A DNA stretch of 64,000 nt, taken from positions 12,710,001 through 12,774,000 of the forward strand of contig CM069157.1 of the NCBI GenBank assembly GCA_035221665.1, read 5' to 3'. Of this stretch, positions 12,439 to 26,554 are shown piece after piece (the stretch's first letter is position 1; every line of letters starts with the position of its first letter). The notes under the pieces are model-generated. The model was not told the DNA's origin. It did not search any database and worked only from the letters and a program-made list of their open reading frames with translations. A program made the position numbers and the translations under genes. This DNA comes from Okamejei kenojei. Taxonomy: Eukaryota.

Positions 12439-14034
12439 AAAGATTAAAGGGGAGATGAAACATATTTTCAATCAGAGGATAGTGAGAGTCTGGAATTCAC
12501 TGCCTGAAAGGTAGTAGCAGATGAAAACCTCATTACAAGGGTACAAGAGACATACAGTTGAAACGCTGTGACCTGCTAGGTCCTTCCTAGTGCAGGAAGG
12601 GTAAATTAGGCTGGTCGCTCTTTCAACCAGCACAGACATAATTGGCTAAATGCTCTCCTTCTGCATTGTAATTTTTTTAAGAGAAACCATTTAGTGCAGA
12701 ATATGTTCTAGCATTGTTTATTTTGTTTTCTATAAAATGTCTGAATTTTTTACTGACCTCTGCCTACTGTGCTCTGCTTTTTTTTCAGACCACATGAGAG
12801 TGGCGCTTTGCAGAAGTCTCCTCATCTAAACGCATTGAAATGTGGAAGCATTTAATTTGTTTAATTTTGTTTAGCAATTACGAATGCTATAAAAAATAAT
12901 CAGCTTGCTAAGTTACTGAAGGGTTTACTGGACACGTATTCTGAATCAGGCAACTCTGAAATGTCCGTCAAAAGGTTAGTTAATTTTCACGTTAAATTTG
13001 CTTTCCAAGAAATTACGTTCATTTATTCTTCCAGGCTGTTAATTATTTAAGAACATGAACACACAAGAAATATAAACAAGAGTAGGCCATTTTACTGGAG
13101 TTACTTGGCTGGTCAGGCACCATCTCTAGAGAACATGGATAGATGACATTTAAGGGCAGGTCCCTTCCTCTTCAGAAACGTCACCTATCCACGGTCTCCT
13201 GAGATGCTACTTGATCCGCTGAATTACTCCAGCACATTGTGTTTTTTTTTGTAAACCAGCCTTGTGTCAAGGCCACTTTACCCTTTCACTCTGGTGTACG
13301 TTCATGTATCTCATTGCCATTTTCCTGCATTTTGCTCAATTCTCTCAATGTTCAGAAATCTATCGATTTCCACTGAATAAACTTATTGATCGTATCTCCA
13401 TAGCCCTCCCAGGTAGAACATTTTAAAGATTCACCATCCTTTATCCTAATTCTCCAATTCATGACTTTTTTATCCATTGAGTTATCCTCATGAAATATAG
13501 GCCTGATTGACTCAATCTATCTTCTTATGGCAAATCATATGAAACTGTCCAGGATATGAACTTCCCTCCCTCTATTGAAAGATTATTTTTAAGATAAGGA
13601 GATTAAAGTGCGCACGTGTTCAGCGACAATCTCACTGCAGTCTTTATAACTGCGGTGATATCCACACTCCTTAACTTAAATACTCTGATTGCTTCAGTGA
13701 GTCGTGTCCAAAATAACATCTCTTTCCATTTATGCATTAACTTTGCCTGGTTTTATGCTTTTGTTTTGTGCACCAAATAGGATAAATGTATCTTTTTTCT
13801 AATTACATTCTAACTGCCCTGCTGTTGCCCATTTTCTAAGCATGCATGGATCCTGTTGAAGCTTATTTATATCCTCGTTCTTACTCAATATTATAATCCC
13901 ATCCAGTAACATCCCAAAATAAAAGTACTGGAAACTCAAAAGGAAAAATGATAAAAAATTGAAGGATTTTTCTTTGACACAACTTAACCATGTCATCTAC
14001 AAATACAGATAATCCTCATCTGAATGTAACCCAC

Positions 14035-14145
14035 CTGGACTATTTTTTTCTAGAAGATACCACCTATAAAATGCCCTCTTCTTGGGCTCACTCATATCAA
14101 GACCCTGCTGCAACAGCCATTGAGATATGTAACTTTGGCTAATAC
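14035..14145 (-). CDS. HMBOX1: HMBOX1-like coding exon 3 (GISQSYISQWLLQQGLDMSEPKKRAFYRWYLLEKNSP)
   Basis: POU-specific-like domain of HMBOX1; AG/GTGGGT boundaries, 111 nt, phase 1 to 1. Confidence 0.96.
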
Positions 14146-15116
14146 CTGTATAAAAAAATACAATTATTAGAAATTTCAAAATAAACACATAATCATTCAA
14201 TTTATTTTTTTCTAAAATGGAGGGAATTATGAGTGGGTGGGAACCAAGAACAAAAGTAAAGTTTTAACTTATGTAAAAATGTTTTCAGAGTAAATTCTGT
14301 CGCATTGGTCAATAATTCACTCATACCCCAATTATTAAACATTTAGGGTTCAAAACTATTGACATATGACTTGGGATAGTGTTGAATAACAGTCACACTA
14401 TGACTTTCTTGAAGTTGCCACGCAGACATTTTAAAATTGCAAACAATATCTACTGCGATTATTTTGCCTCATATCTTAAGTCACAAATTTCTGTGTATTC
14501 TATGGATCCCCAAATCTATGAATGCACAGTAATTAGGGAAAAAGTGTCTGTAGCACTTTACATAAAATAAGACAAAAGGCGGTGATGAGAAACAGGAAAG
14601 AAAGGAGTCACTGCAAAAAGAGTGGAGAGAAAGCAAAAGGAAAGGTGAACCCAGTGCGGAAGGAAGGTGGAACTCTAAGTATTGCAAGCTGTGTTTCCCC
14701 AAATCACAGGAAAGTTTATAGGTGAGTAACCCTTGCCCTCATGTGATCACACTATCCAGCGTCAACAATCAGATAAGAAATATGAGAGAAAAGAAAGACA
14801 GAACAGTAGAACGAAGACAAAGGGTAAACCGTGCACCGTATCAATTGAGATCTATTAAAATAGAATTATTTCATGTTTAACTAACCGCAGTAATGCTTTG
14901 AATGTTACATTTTAAAATATCAGATATTTTAAATGATAAATGTTATTTTCTATTACTTTTAGCCTTGTTGATGTTCAAGAACTATTTCAATTTTTTTCAA
15001 TGAAAGAAAAACTAAGTGCTCAGTATCATGTTAAAAGAATCATAATTCTTATGACAAACAGCTTAGTGATTTTAATTTCATGTTATTCCTGTTTCGTTGA
15101 CACTTTCTGCCCTTAC

Positions 15117-15202
15117 CTGTGACTTGCCCAACTACGGCCTGAGAAATCCTCCGATTGGCTAAAAATGCTTTGATTTCTTCTTTTACTGCATTGCTGTCTC
15201 TT
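15117..15202 (-). CDS. HMBOX1: HMBOX1-like coding exon 2 (RRDSNAVKEEIKAFLANRRISQAVVGQVT)
   Basis: KEEIKAFLANRRISQAVV matches HMBOX1; AG/GTAAGG boundaries, 86 nt, phase 2 to 1. Confidence 0.96.
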
Positions 15203-15602
15203 CTGGGGGAAAAAAATGCTATTACTTTTAATGTTTGTTTACCTCCTATCATTCCTATCACCAAAAGATCCCCCACCCCACTCCCCATTTTAAGACAGCT
15301 CACCCCCACCTGGTTCCTTGCAGCTGGCAAACAAGCTGATTCTGATCATGGATTCCATTTAATGCATTGCCACCATCAACGCCGCCCCGTTCAATGGCCA
15401 ATAAGTGGATCAATTCAGACGACATCGCGTTCCCTAAAATGGAAACACCTCTTTCTACATTGCAATTCCTCTAAAATAAGTGAACCAAGAAAAACTAAAA
15501 CTCGGACTGAGATTCATGGACGTGACCCAATCCATGATGTTTTAACACGTGGCGCATTATGACAAGGTGACATTATTCTCAACATTTATTTTATCACATT
15601 AC

Positions 15603-16051
15603 CTCATGTACTCCTCCACCTTCTCCTCCAGGTCTGCATCATCATCTCCTGTGTCAAAACTATATGATCTCTGACTGCCACTGTTCTGGTACCGCGGAGA
15701 TAATGTTCCGCTGGCAACAAGTCTCTCGCTCGCCATGCTTTCTCGTCCAGTGTGGCTTGCATTGTAGGGCGGAGGCGATGTGTCGTAGCTATTACTAGGT
15801 GAGGGTGATTGCGCAATACTTTGTGTTTGTGTAGCAGCAGAAGCAGTTGAAGAGGATGCAGAAACATTGTTGCCATAGTTACTACTGTAGTTGGGCCGCC
15901 TAACAAACTTTTCATTTTGTTCCTGATCAAGGCGTTCCATTGTTTCAAGTGCATGAATGATTTCATGTTTAGTCATTCCGGATCGGCGCAGGCGCTGGAG
16001 AAGATCAATTTGTTCAATGGTGTATCGAGGCTCATCATTGTAGTAAGACAT
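15603..16051 (-). CDS. HMBOX1: HMBOX1-like (homeobox-containing protein 1) first coding exon
   Basis: MSYYNDEPRYTIEQIDLLQRLRRSGMTKHEIIHALET...SPSPSNSYDTSP matches the HMBOX1 N-terminus; acceptor AG at 16061-16060, donor GTAA after 15603; 449 coding nt. Confidence 0.96.
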
Positions 16052-17957
16052 GATGTCATCTGCAAAGAGAAATATAGCAGATCAGTGGTCAGGTAGACAC
16101 CAAGCCTGGACTTGTCCAACTACTACATTATATTGAGTCTGAAGAATGGCCCCGACCCAAAATGTCACTTATCCATGTCTCCAGAGACACTACCTGACCC
16201 ATTGATATACTGCAGCACTTTGTGTCTTGAACATGGTTCCAGCATTTGCAGATCCTCGTGTCTACATTATATGAATTCTTCAAATCATTTTCATTAATTC
16301 AAATTTCTTTTAGCTGTTTCTCAAATTGCTGACCTCCATCACTCCCTGAGCAATTTAACTCAAAACATGGCAAACAATCAACTGTGCTATCAGTTCTTCG
16401 GGAAAATTAGAAGCTTAATAACTTTTGTACTTAAGCATACAAGTACAGAAATCTTGCTTTGCCCAGCCAAAATCCAATACAGTGTTAGCCATATATTTCA
16501 AGTTTGTCAGCTACATGTTCCTACAAGCAGGCACTGCAGTTGCTGAAAATCTAAATTAAGACAAAATGCTGGAGGCGCTCCACAGATCAAACGACATCCG
16601 GGATAAAAGAAGGGTCTCGACCCGAAACGTCGCCTATCTCCTTCGCTCCTTAGATGCTGCTGCACCCGCTGAGTTTCTCCAGCCTTTTGTGTATCCGGGA
16701 TAAAAGAGACGATTTGGTTGGTCTGAATACATAACAAATATCAAAATTGGGTGGTTTCCCAATTCTTCATACATGGACATTTGGAGGCTGTCTACAGAAA
16801 TCATGATTGTACAAGATTGATGTTTGTCTACAGTGATGCAAGGGTGCATCAAGCAGTATCAACTACTAATACACTGATACACATCTTGGGAACCAATGTT
16901 AAGTCGGAAATGAGATGAAGAGAGAGCAAATTCAACTCGCAGTGTCTACTGGATCAGCAGCCCAAAATATCTGTTGACCACATTCTTTCAATATGGGCTT
17001 TAAGTTATTCCACATCATTATTCCTAGCTGTTTTATATTCAATGTTGTTGCTCAATTATTTTAAAGTGTTCATTCTTACCTAAAAAGGGTAATTTTGAGT
17101 GAGTATTTGGGTTATAAAAATGGTCAAATATAAAAGTAACTTTTTCCACCTGTTAATGTTCCACTTTGTAGATAAAACATGCTTGAAGAAGTTATCATCA
17201 CTGCATTAAATCCCCAGCCCCAGTTACATTACAGTCCAGCAACTATGTTTTAAAATTAATTTTACTTCTTCAATGTCTAAGTGAATTACACAAATTGCCA
17301 TTGGCGTGAAACTGAACTGATAGATTTCCGCACCGCTTTATTCGTAGCCAAAAGATGCCAGTATGCATATTCACGTGACAAATTTTGCTGCTGTATATCA
17401 ATCTAATTTTAAACTTTTGAGAGGTGCTAGTACACAGTACTGGAGCGAACTATCACAAAAAAAAGCACTGGATTTCTGTTTGTTTCTGGCTGTCCACCTC
17501 AACTCGGATCTCACTGGATCTTTCTACTGACATTTGTAAAACTACCTTGGCTGTAGATTATACTCACCCTTGCACTAAAATGCACCAAGAGAATGAGGCT
17601 TGGACCATAAATGTGTGGGAAAATAATATCAAGCTGAACACTAACTGCCGCTTTAACTCTGAATTATAGAAACATATTGTTCTAAAAAGTCAACACTGAA
17701 ATGACTAGTGCAACAATTTCAGATGTCAGTGGTACGGTTGGTATTCCACAAATGAAATGTTTGTTAAGTCAGGACCTCTAGCCACCGTTCTGTGCTGCAA
17801 CTGACTATTAAATATGAAGTGTCACCCCAGGCAACATCACATTACTGTTATCACACTTATACAAAAAGCACCAAATCATGCAGCAATGCAGACTGTGCCA
17901 CTAATTATTGTAATGGTTCCTCTTAAAAATAACATCAGAAGAAAACGAGTAACTCAC

Positions 17958-18040
17958 CTGAGGTGCAGAGGGTCCAGTTACTACAACTGTCCACATTGGG
18001 CCTCCTTGAATTATGATTTGTTTCAATCTTCTTGCCCCTT
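17958..18040 (-). other. Putative non-coding 5' UTR exon of HMBOX1-like gene
   Basis: Long pyrimidine tract then tctcaAG acceptor; strong CAG|GTGAGT donor; 83 nt. Confidence 0.5.
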
Positions 18041-18112
18041 CTTGAGAAACATGGAATTCCATAAAAGGAAAAAAACCAAAGTAAATCCTATTTAATTTGT
18101 GAGACCAGTCTA

Positions 18113-18150
18113 CAAGTCTGAAGAAGGGTTTCGGCCCGAAACGTTGCCTA
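18113..18150 (+). ncRNA. Minimal type I hammerhead ribozyme-like motif in a Penelope-derived repeat (best-preserved copy)
   Basis: CTGAAGA (18118-18124), stem II GGGT-TTCG-GCCC, GAAA, palindromic ACGT stem III, GTT as NUH triplet; stem I pairing is weak. Confidence 0.55.
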
Positions 18151-18396
18151 TTTTCTTCGCTCCATAGATGCTGCCTCACCCGCTGAGTTTCTCCAGCATT
18201 TTTGTCTATCTACAAATTCAAATACTTGCTCCCAGCCACAAACCTAAAATATTCTCCCCTTGTCACGAGTGAGCAGTTTTGCAACCTGACCAAATTTCAA
18301 ACAGTAGATAAATGCTAATAATTTCAAGAGATTTATCATCTGAAGTTTACTCTGGTTTGGCTGTGGGAAAATTATTTCATGGCATCTATAATCTCT

Positions 18397-18944
18397 ATAG
18401 AAAACTTAGAAAACATAGAAAATAGGCTCAGGAGGAGGCCAATTGGCCCTTCGAGCCAGAACCGCCATTCATTGTGATCATGGCTGATCATCCACAATCA
18501 GTAATCCGTGCCTGCCTTCTCCTCATATCCCTTGATTCCGAGCCCCAAGAGATCTATCCAACTCTCTTTTAAATGCATCCAGTAAATTGGCCTCTACTGC
18601 CTTCTGTGGCAGAGAATTCCACAAATTCACAACTCTGGGTGAAAACGTTTTTTTCTCATCTCAGTTTTAAATGGCCTCCCCTTTATTCTTAAACTGTGGC
18701 CCCTGGTTCTGGTCTCCCCCAATATTGGGAACATATTTCCTGCATCTAGCTTGTCCAGTCCTTTTATAATTTTATGCATTTCTATAAGTTTCCCTCTTAT
18801 CCTTCTAAATTCCAGTGAATACAAGCCCAGTCTTTCCAATCTTTCCTCATATGACAGTCCCGCCATCCTGGGGATTAACCTTGTGAACCTACGCTTCATT
18901 ACCTCAATAGCAAGGATGTCTTTCCTCAAATTAGGAGGCCAAAA
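18397..18944 (-). mobile_element. CR1 LINE 3' fragment
   Basis: ORF RKDILAIE...RRFTRLIP..AGLSYEERLERLGLYSLEFRR...TRTRGHSLRIKG; (catagaaa)-type tail at left end. Confidence 0.9.
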
Positions 18945-20164
18945 TAGTCTTATAAAAAATGTGGTGATTATTGTTCATCATCATTGTTGTCACCATGATG
19001 ATGACCAATTAGAAGTAAATTTCTTTCAAAATTTTACCTGCATTTAAATTGGCATTGCCTTTGGAACATAAAATAATACCAAATAGAGGCATAAAGTCCT
19101 GACAACCTTTATAAAATACTGGTTTAGCCTAAACAGCAGCACTGTTCAGCACATTTTAGGAAAAATGTGTAGGCTTTGAAGAATGCTGCAAAAGAGATTT
19201 CCTGAAATGATTCCAGCGCAGAGGGCCTTTGTGGATAGATCACTGGTTGTTCACCTTTGAATAGAGGAGCACGAAAGATGGTCTGGTAAAGATTTAGCTC
19301 GTGGAGCTAAAGAAATCAAGGGATATGGGGAAAAAGCAGGAACAGAGTACTGATTTTAGATGATCAGCCATGTTCATATTGAATGCCGGTGCTAGCTCAA
19401 GGGGCCGATTGGTCTACTCCTGCACCTGTTTTTTTTTATGTTTACAATTACGAAGGGTTTATACAAGAGATAGAAAGAATCTGCTCCCTTGGACAAAAGT
19501 ATCAAGGAGACAATGAGGGTGTTTGGAAAAAGGATCAAAAGTGACTAGAAGATAAAACTTTTTTTTGTAGTAAGGTGTTATGTTCTGGATTAGTGGTGGA
19601 GATGCAGTTGTGTTATCAAAGGGTTATTAGGCATTTGAACATGCCATTCAACTGTAATTGAAAAGGAAAACTATTGTCATAATTACAGAGAGACAACAGC
19701 AGCATGGTGGATTTCTTTCTAAAAGAAAGAATGGACTAGATTGATTAAAATGGTCGCCCTCCATTCTTTAACTTTTCAGTGATTCTATCAACATGCGACT
19801 TGCTCATTTCAGCATACGTGTTAATTTATTGTTTTGTAGCTCGGCATTTGTTTTTGTGTTGTTTGCTATCAATTTTATACGTAATAGAACATTTAATTGA
19901 CTTTAAGAATATACAAAATACTTATCAACTTTACTCTCTAAATAAAAGTTACAAATTTACAAATTTGTCACAAATGATTGTCACAATTAACTGGTCAGTC
20001 AGTTTCACATTTTTCCCGCTTACGGTTTTCAAACTGAAGCTTTCAAGAAACCCACAGTTATTACTACTAAAGTTATGTGGATAGACTAATAAGGCAATAA
20101 CAGAGGGAGGAAGCAAATAACAACTGTGCCTTAAAACAATTGTTTTCAAAGTAGAAGCCATAAC

Positions 20165-20600
20165 TAGAAAGAGTGCCTAGGAGATTTCAAAGGATGTTGT
20201 CAGAACTCGAGGGCCTGAGCTATAAGGAAAGATTGGGCTAAGACTTTATTCCTTGGCTGAAGACTGGGAGGTGATCTTAGAGGGCTGTGTAAAATCAAGA
20301 GAGAAATAGACATGGTGAATGTACAGTCTTTTACTCAGGTTATCTTAATTAAGAACCAGTGGACATAAGTTTAAGGTGAAAATTTAATAGGAACCCGAGG
20401 GGCAGCATTTTCACTCAGAAGATGCTGGGTATATGGAACGAGCTGCCAGGTGGAGGTAGTTGAGGAAGGTGCTATAACAGCATTTAAGAGACACTTTGAC
20501 AGGTGCATGGATAGGGAAGGTTTAAAGGGATATTGGCCAAATGCGGGAAAATGGGACTAGCTTAGTTGGGGACTTCATGATTGGCATGGACAAGTTATGT
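20165..20600 (+). mobile_element. CR1 LINE 3' fragment
   Basis: Degenerate LERVxRRF..GLSYxERL segment and 3' UTR shared with the copies at 25455 and 62580. Confidence 0.75.
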
Positions 20601-21775
20601 AAGTTAGGAACTTTTATTTTATACTGTTAAACCTTTTACTGTAAATTTGGCGACAGTCAAAATGTTCTTCTCAATTTAATGCTATGCTTTTTAGTTTTAA
20701 TTTAGGAATACCTCATAAGCCTAAATTCTTACACTAACACTGTGTATCAGCAAAACGACTTATGTACATCCCCCAAATTTACATGGCCTTTGCTGAATGA
20801 TTGAGCAAATAAGCCCAATTCCTTCTGACACTAATTAACAGTTAGTTTTAACAATTGGCTGGTAGCTTGTTAATAACTAACGTTATAAAGAAAACTTCAA
20901 GGTTCATTTCCAAATGCAAAACGTAACAAAATGTTACCAAATTATCTACACTCACCGAATTCTCAATGTTGCACCAATCGCCAAATGGCCTCCTTCAATG
21001 CCTTAATGACTCTGACGAACTCTATGAATGCTAAGTGCTAGAGTGACTCAGCGGGCCAGACAGCATCTCTGGAGAAAAAGGATGGGCGACGTTTTAGGGC
21101 AGGACCCCAAACTTCACCCATTCTTGTTTGCCAGAATTGCTGCCTGCCAGAATTGCTGCGTTACTCCAGCACTTTGCGTCTATTTTTAGTATAGACCAAT
21201 ATCTGCAGTTCCTTTCTACACATTAGAACTATGAAATTGCACTCCGATAAAAATACACACCGTGCTACCAAAGAAAAGATCTATTAGACACAAAAAGTTA
21301 GAGAAACTCAACTGGTCAGACGGCAACTGTACATTTTCAGTACTTTTTAAAGTAAATTTTATAGAATATCATAGGGAAAGAGAAGGGACAGAGGCTAACA
21401 AATTTGGAGAATCAATCTAGAATCATGTTCCTGTGTAGCTGAAAGCACGGTTTCCAATGCCAATTAGGTGAAATAACCCTCTAATAATTTATATAATAGT
21501 CCTGAAAATAATGTGTTTAACCCTGATACTATTCTGAGACGTCTCCCTGTGCCTCCCTATGCCATATACCTATCCTTGGGTTGTGTGTTCACAACTGAAA
21601 TGGATCCCACTAAATCAATCTTACAAAACCATCATGTTTACTTTCATGTTTAAGAAAGAACTGCAAATGCTGGAAATTGAAGGTATACAAAAATGCTGGA
21701 GAAACTCAGCGGATGAGGCAGCATCTATGGAGCAAAGGAAATAGGCAACGTTTCAGGCCGAAACCTTTTTGGCCT

Positions 21776-22184
21776 GAAGATTGAGGGGTGATCTCATAGA
21801 GACTTACAAAATTCTTAAGGGGTTGGACAGGCTAGATGCAGGAAGATTGTTCCCGATGTTGGGAAAGTCCAGGACAAGGGGTCACAGTTTAAGGATAAGG
21901 GGAAGTCTTTTAGGACCGAGATGAGAACATCGTTTTTCACACAGAGAGTGGGTGAATCTGTGGAATTCTCTGCCACAGAAGGTAGTTGAGGCCAGTTCGT
22001 TGGCCATATTTAAGAGGGAGTTGGATGTGGCCCTTGTGGCTGAAGGGATCAGGGGGTATGGAGAGAAGGCAGGTACAGGATACTGAGTTGGATGATCAGC
22101 CATGATCATATTGAATGGCGGTGCAGGCTCGAAGGGCCGAATGGCCTGCTCCTGCACCTAATTTCTATGTTTCTATGTTTCTAT
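21776..22184 (+). mobile_element. CR1 3' fragment inserted inside a Penelope-derived palindromic element (21650-22242)
   Basis: CR1 3' end with (tttctatg)n tail; flanked left by gctggagaaactcagcgg...gccgaaacc and right by the complementary arm ttccttcgctccatagatgctgcc. Confidence 0.85.
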
Positions 22185-25100
22185 TTCCTTCGCTCCATAG
22201 ATGCTGCCTCACCCGCTGAGTTTCTCCAGCATTTTTGTCTACTCACCCTTTAATGTTCTCTTTCTTAAAAAAAAAGCCAATATCCATGAAAATATTAAGA
22301 AAACTGCAGGTGCTGTAAATTAAAAATAAAATAGAAAACACCTGAAACACTCAGCAGGTCAGGCAGCACCTTTGTAAAAAGAAACAAAGTTAACTGTTTC
22401 TCTTTACACAGATATTACCTTGTCTTTGAGATGTTTTCACAGTTTGTTTATATTCCCAAATTCATGAGACTGTTTGATAATATTGTGTGCCTATGCGCAG
22501 TCCTTGAGTGATTAGAGTCCATAGAGGAACCTCTCTCCACAGCTCCCATTTTCTCGCTATTGGGATAATATTCAATACAATACAATAATATTCAATATAA
22601 TACAATAATACTTTACAATACAATAATACTTTATTAGCCAAGTAACATAAACATCCACCACAGTGACTCCTCCACATTCCTCACTGTGATGGAAGGCGAA
22701 AAAAAGTTAAATCTCTCCCCTTCTTTGTTCCAGTTTGCTCCAAAGATGTCCACTTTTCCCTTGACTTAACTCCATCTCCAATAGCTGCTCACTTGGCCAC
22801 TACCCTTGTAATGTCTTGATCCTCTGTTCATAACTTTCTATAAGTCCTACTTCAAGGCCCTATGCAATAATCAATGTGCAATAAGTCACTGATAACAGGC
22901 TGTAAAGGGGCTTAGTCTCTGAATATTATGTCTCTTGAGAAACACAAATGATGAGGATTTCAGTTGTAAACTGCCCTGAGGCACTACTGAATGTGAAGAC
23001 AAGTCACTGTAAACCTTAATAATATTCACTCATCTGTATTTATGCATAAACTATGACAATTTAAAGTCTATTGGAGAGGTGCTTGAAAGGTCGTTGGTGA
23101 GCATTCAAATGCCAGTTTAATGTTTCTGGATGAATCATAAACCACTAGATTGATTTGAGATCCTGCAAGGAATCGACAACTAATGAGCAACAGTAACCCA
23201 ATGATTTACCTTCATTGATGTAAAAAAACTGATTTAAGTACAATCTGTAGTTACTGTAAATATTCAACACAATTTCTTGGTCCTACAACCAACAAGGAGA
23301 ATTACAGTGCTTTTTTATCTAGAAACACAGAATATGAAACAAGGAACTTGTACAAAACCTTAAACAAAAAAAATGCTGAAAATGCTCAAGAGATCAGAGA
23401 GCCTCTGAGGAAAGAGAAAGAGGCAAGCCTTCATTTGAGGGTCTGTGAACTGACCATGTAAACTTTTGGTTAAAAATTAGCTGATCTGCCGAGTGTGCCC
23501 AGCTTTTTCTGTTTAATTTCCAATTTCCAGCATCCACAGTTGTTTGACCATCTTCTACAAAACTTTTGTTAATTGGGTTGCTTTCATGATCAATGATGAT
23601 TATAACAAAGAAAGAAAAAGCAACATGAGATTGTGAGTAGGATAGATTCACTAGTTTAAGAGATTGTGTAATGAGGAATGACTTGAGAATTCAGGACTCT
23701 CACTGGAATAGAATCAGGATTTTTACTGGAAAATGAAAATCACGTTTGCAATCCTGATGAAAAAGATTGCAATATCTTTCTGTTAGTTACCAAGATGAAA
23801 ATCAAAGGGCACAATTTTAGAAAAATCAGAAAACAGTTAAGGGATATTTTGAGCAGCATCTGTTGAGGGGAAAGGAATTGCTGGTGTTTCGGGTCCCGAT
23901 TCAGGATCTCGACCCAAAACAGCAGCAATTCCTTTCCTCTTTATCGATGCTGCTTGGGTTACTGAGTTTGTCTAGCAGATTGCTTTTTGCTCCAGATTCC
24001 AGTATTTGCAGACTCTTGGGGCTCCAGGGGATATTTTGAATGTGAATGGCTTTACTGTAAATTTCTAGAGAGATGTGTACGTTCTTTAAAATGGAATTAG
24101 ATAGCTTATGAAAAACAAATATGAAAAGTAAATAAAAGTTTGAAATTGAGGAAATTATTCATGTGATGAAAAACAGATTCACAGGTTGACCTGGTTAACA
24201 AACTGCTTGAAATTCATTTGATTAGGTCACGGAAAAAGGAAGCTTTACAATCATTACAGATGTGCAGCAGTCTGATCTGATTAGCTGTGACTAAACTAGC
24301 TGAGACTAACAAGGAACCCCCACAATGCGGCAGAATTGGAGAAGTACATGTGCAATAAACTTGTAAGATTTATAATAGGTATAATGACAGGAAATACTAG
24401 AAACACTCAGTGAGTCAGAAGCACCTGTGGTAAAATAAATGGTTAACGTTTCAGCCTGAAAAGTCTTCACCAGCACTGAGAATCAAGAGATAATAGACTT
24501 TGGTTTCAGATTTCCAGCATCGGTAATATTTTGAAATTTTCAGCTACAGTAAATAAATGGTTATGTACAATGTACAATGTCAAATGCAGATAAGATAGTG
24601 GACCATAAAGTTGGACTACATTGTGAAGTAAAACTTTTGAAATAATATATTGCTTTGCATGTCATTTAGGGAAATTAAATTCAGAAGATATGCTTGGAGA
24701 TATATAAAGTTTGATGCAACTACCTTTTCATTACTCTATTCCAGCTATTAATTTCAGTGCAGACAAAGGCAGAATCAAATGACGGGGATGCATATGGAGA
24801 GGCTGCACCACTACTAGCTAGCTACAAGTATAAACCAAGATAATCTTGTTATGAAATAATGTTAAATTTATCAGAAGTAGTTCGACTGGTTCAAAGCTTA
24901 AATGATCTATTGTTTTTTAATCAAAAAGTACTGACCATTTTTAGCAATAATACAGCTGTTTTCCAGAATAATTCTCATTCACGTCAAAATAATGATTAGG
25001 TCTTTCCTGAAAGTGAGTTTCAAATCAGATTCATCCAATTGGAATGAAGGCATTGGAACTAAGACACAAATTTGAAGTGGGGCTGACTTCAATATTGGAG

Positions 25101-25454
25101 TAAAGTGACAGTCCCAGGATTTAGATAACTACAAGCTTTATTACTAAAGTATTCTGCACTTTACTTATATTGTGGAAAACTTGTGTTTATTATTATATGC
25201 TAATACAAGTTGTTATGATTGTGCCAACTCAACTGCTTGTAATAAAAAATTACAACTGAACTTTTGGACTGGTGAGTAAACAATTAAGCAAAGAAAAAAT
25301 GAAACCAGGATTCTCATTCTTAATCACTTTCCAACAAAACTTGCTGCAAATTGCCCTTTACGACTGTCGAGTGAGAACATTACTTGGTTCTACTATGAGA
25401 TCCTCCTTAAAATAATAGTCTGCTGAAATTAACTGTATTTATTAAGGGACCGAG

Positions 25455-25840
25455 CTAGAAGAATTGGGTGGGCAGGCTAAGACTATTTCTTGGAGTGCAG
25501 GAGGATGAGGGGTGATCTTATAGAGGTGTATAAAATCACGAGGGGGGTAGATAGAGTGAATGCACAGAGTCTTTTACCAAGGGTAGGGGAATCAAAAAAC
25601 AAAGGACATAGGTTTAAGGTGAGAGGTGCAGAATTTAATAGCAACTTGAGAGGCAACTTTTACACTCAGAGTATGGTGAGTATATCGAATGAGCTGCCAG
25701 AGCAGGTCGTCAAGGCAGATATTATAACAGCATTAAAAAGACACTTAGAAAGGTACACGGATAGGAAAGGTTTAGAGAGATTGGGCCAAGCAAGCACAGA
25801 CAAATGGGACTCGCATGGATGGGGCATCTTGGCCCATCAA
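25455..25840 (+). mobile_element. CR1 LINE 3' fragment
   Basis: ORF ECRRMRGDLIEVYKITRGVDRVN...GHRFKVRG...FYTQ. Confidence 0.88.
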
Positions 25841-26531
25841 GATAACTGAGGAATATAACTTAAGTACAACTTATTAAGGAGTCCCAATGCAGAATTTATT
25901 GAATTGGAGCTCTGCTGTAAAGTGTTAATTATAAATCTATTCTGTAAAATGTTAATCCAACTGGTGATATTTCTGGTTATCTTGAGAGAGCTGGTACAAA
26001 TGTAGGGATAAAATATCACATCATAGATTAGTTATGAATTTACAAAATGAAGGGACAGCAATGGGAGGGCGTGGGTGATGTGATATGAAAATGGTGATAT
26101 TTCCATTTTCTTGTGATATTGAGATGCTTTTGGTATTCCTAGCACTTATTAATGTATATAAAAGTATTTTTTAAACTTCTTTTTCAGGATCTGCACTAAT
26201 TAATATTGCAATTGTATAAAACATGAGAACCCAAACTGAACACAGTGTCCCATCACCAATTCATAACTTTTTTTTAATATCCATTTTCAGTTTTGCAAGT
26301 TTAAAGAACCAAAACACAAAAGAAAAATGCATTTTACTACCTTTTTTTATTTCAAGAGAAATGTTACAGCACATATATTTATTGCAAGGGTTAAGCATTA
26401 GAACTAAGATTTGGCCTGCATTCCGGATGCCAATGTATATATAGTGGTAGATTTCCCAACCAATTCAAAACACTGTCGTTTCTTAATTACACAGTAATTT
26501 ATGTGTAAATCTATTGGAACTTAGTTATGTA

Positions 26532-26554
26532 TGTGTGTGTGTGTGTGTGTGTGT
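26532..26554 (+). repeat. (TG)n microsatellite
   Basis: Direct reading. Confidence 0.9.

Noticed and set aside
20950-21010. Strong minus-strand donor (TCG|GTGAGT) as another UTR exon
   Set aside because: No adequate pyrimidine tract or acceptor upstream; adjoins repeat sequence
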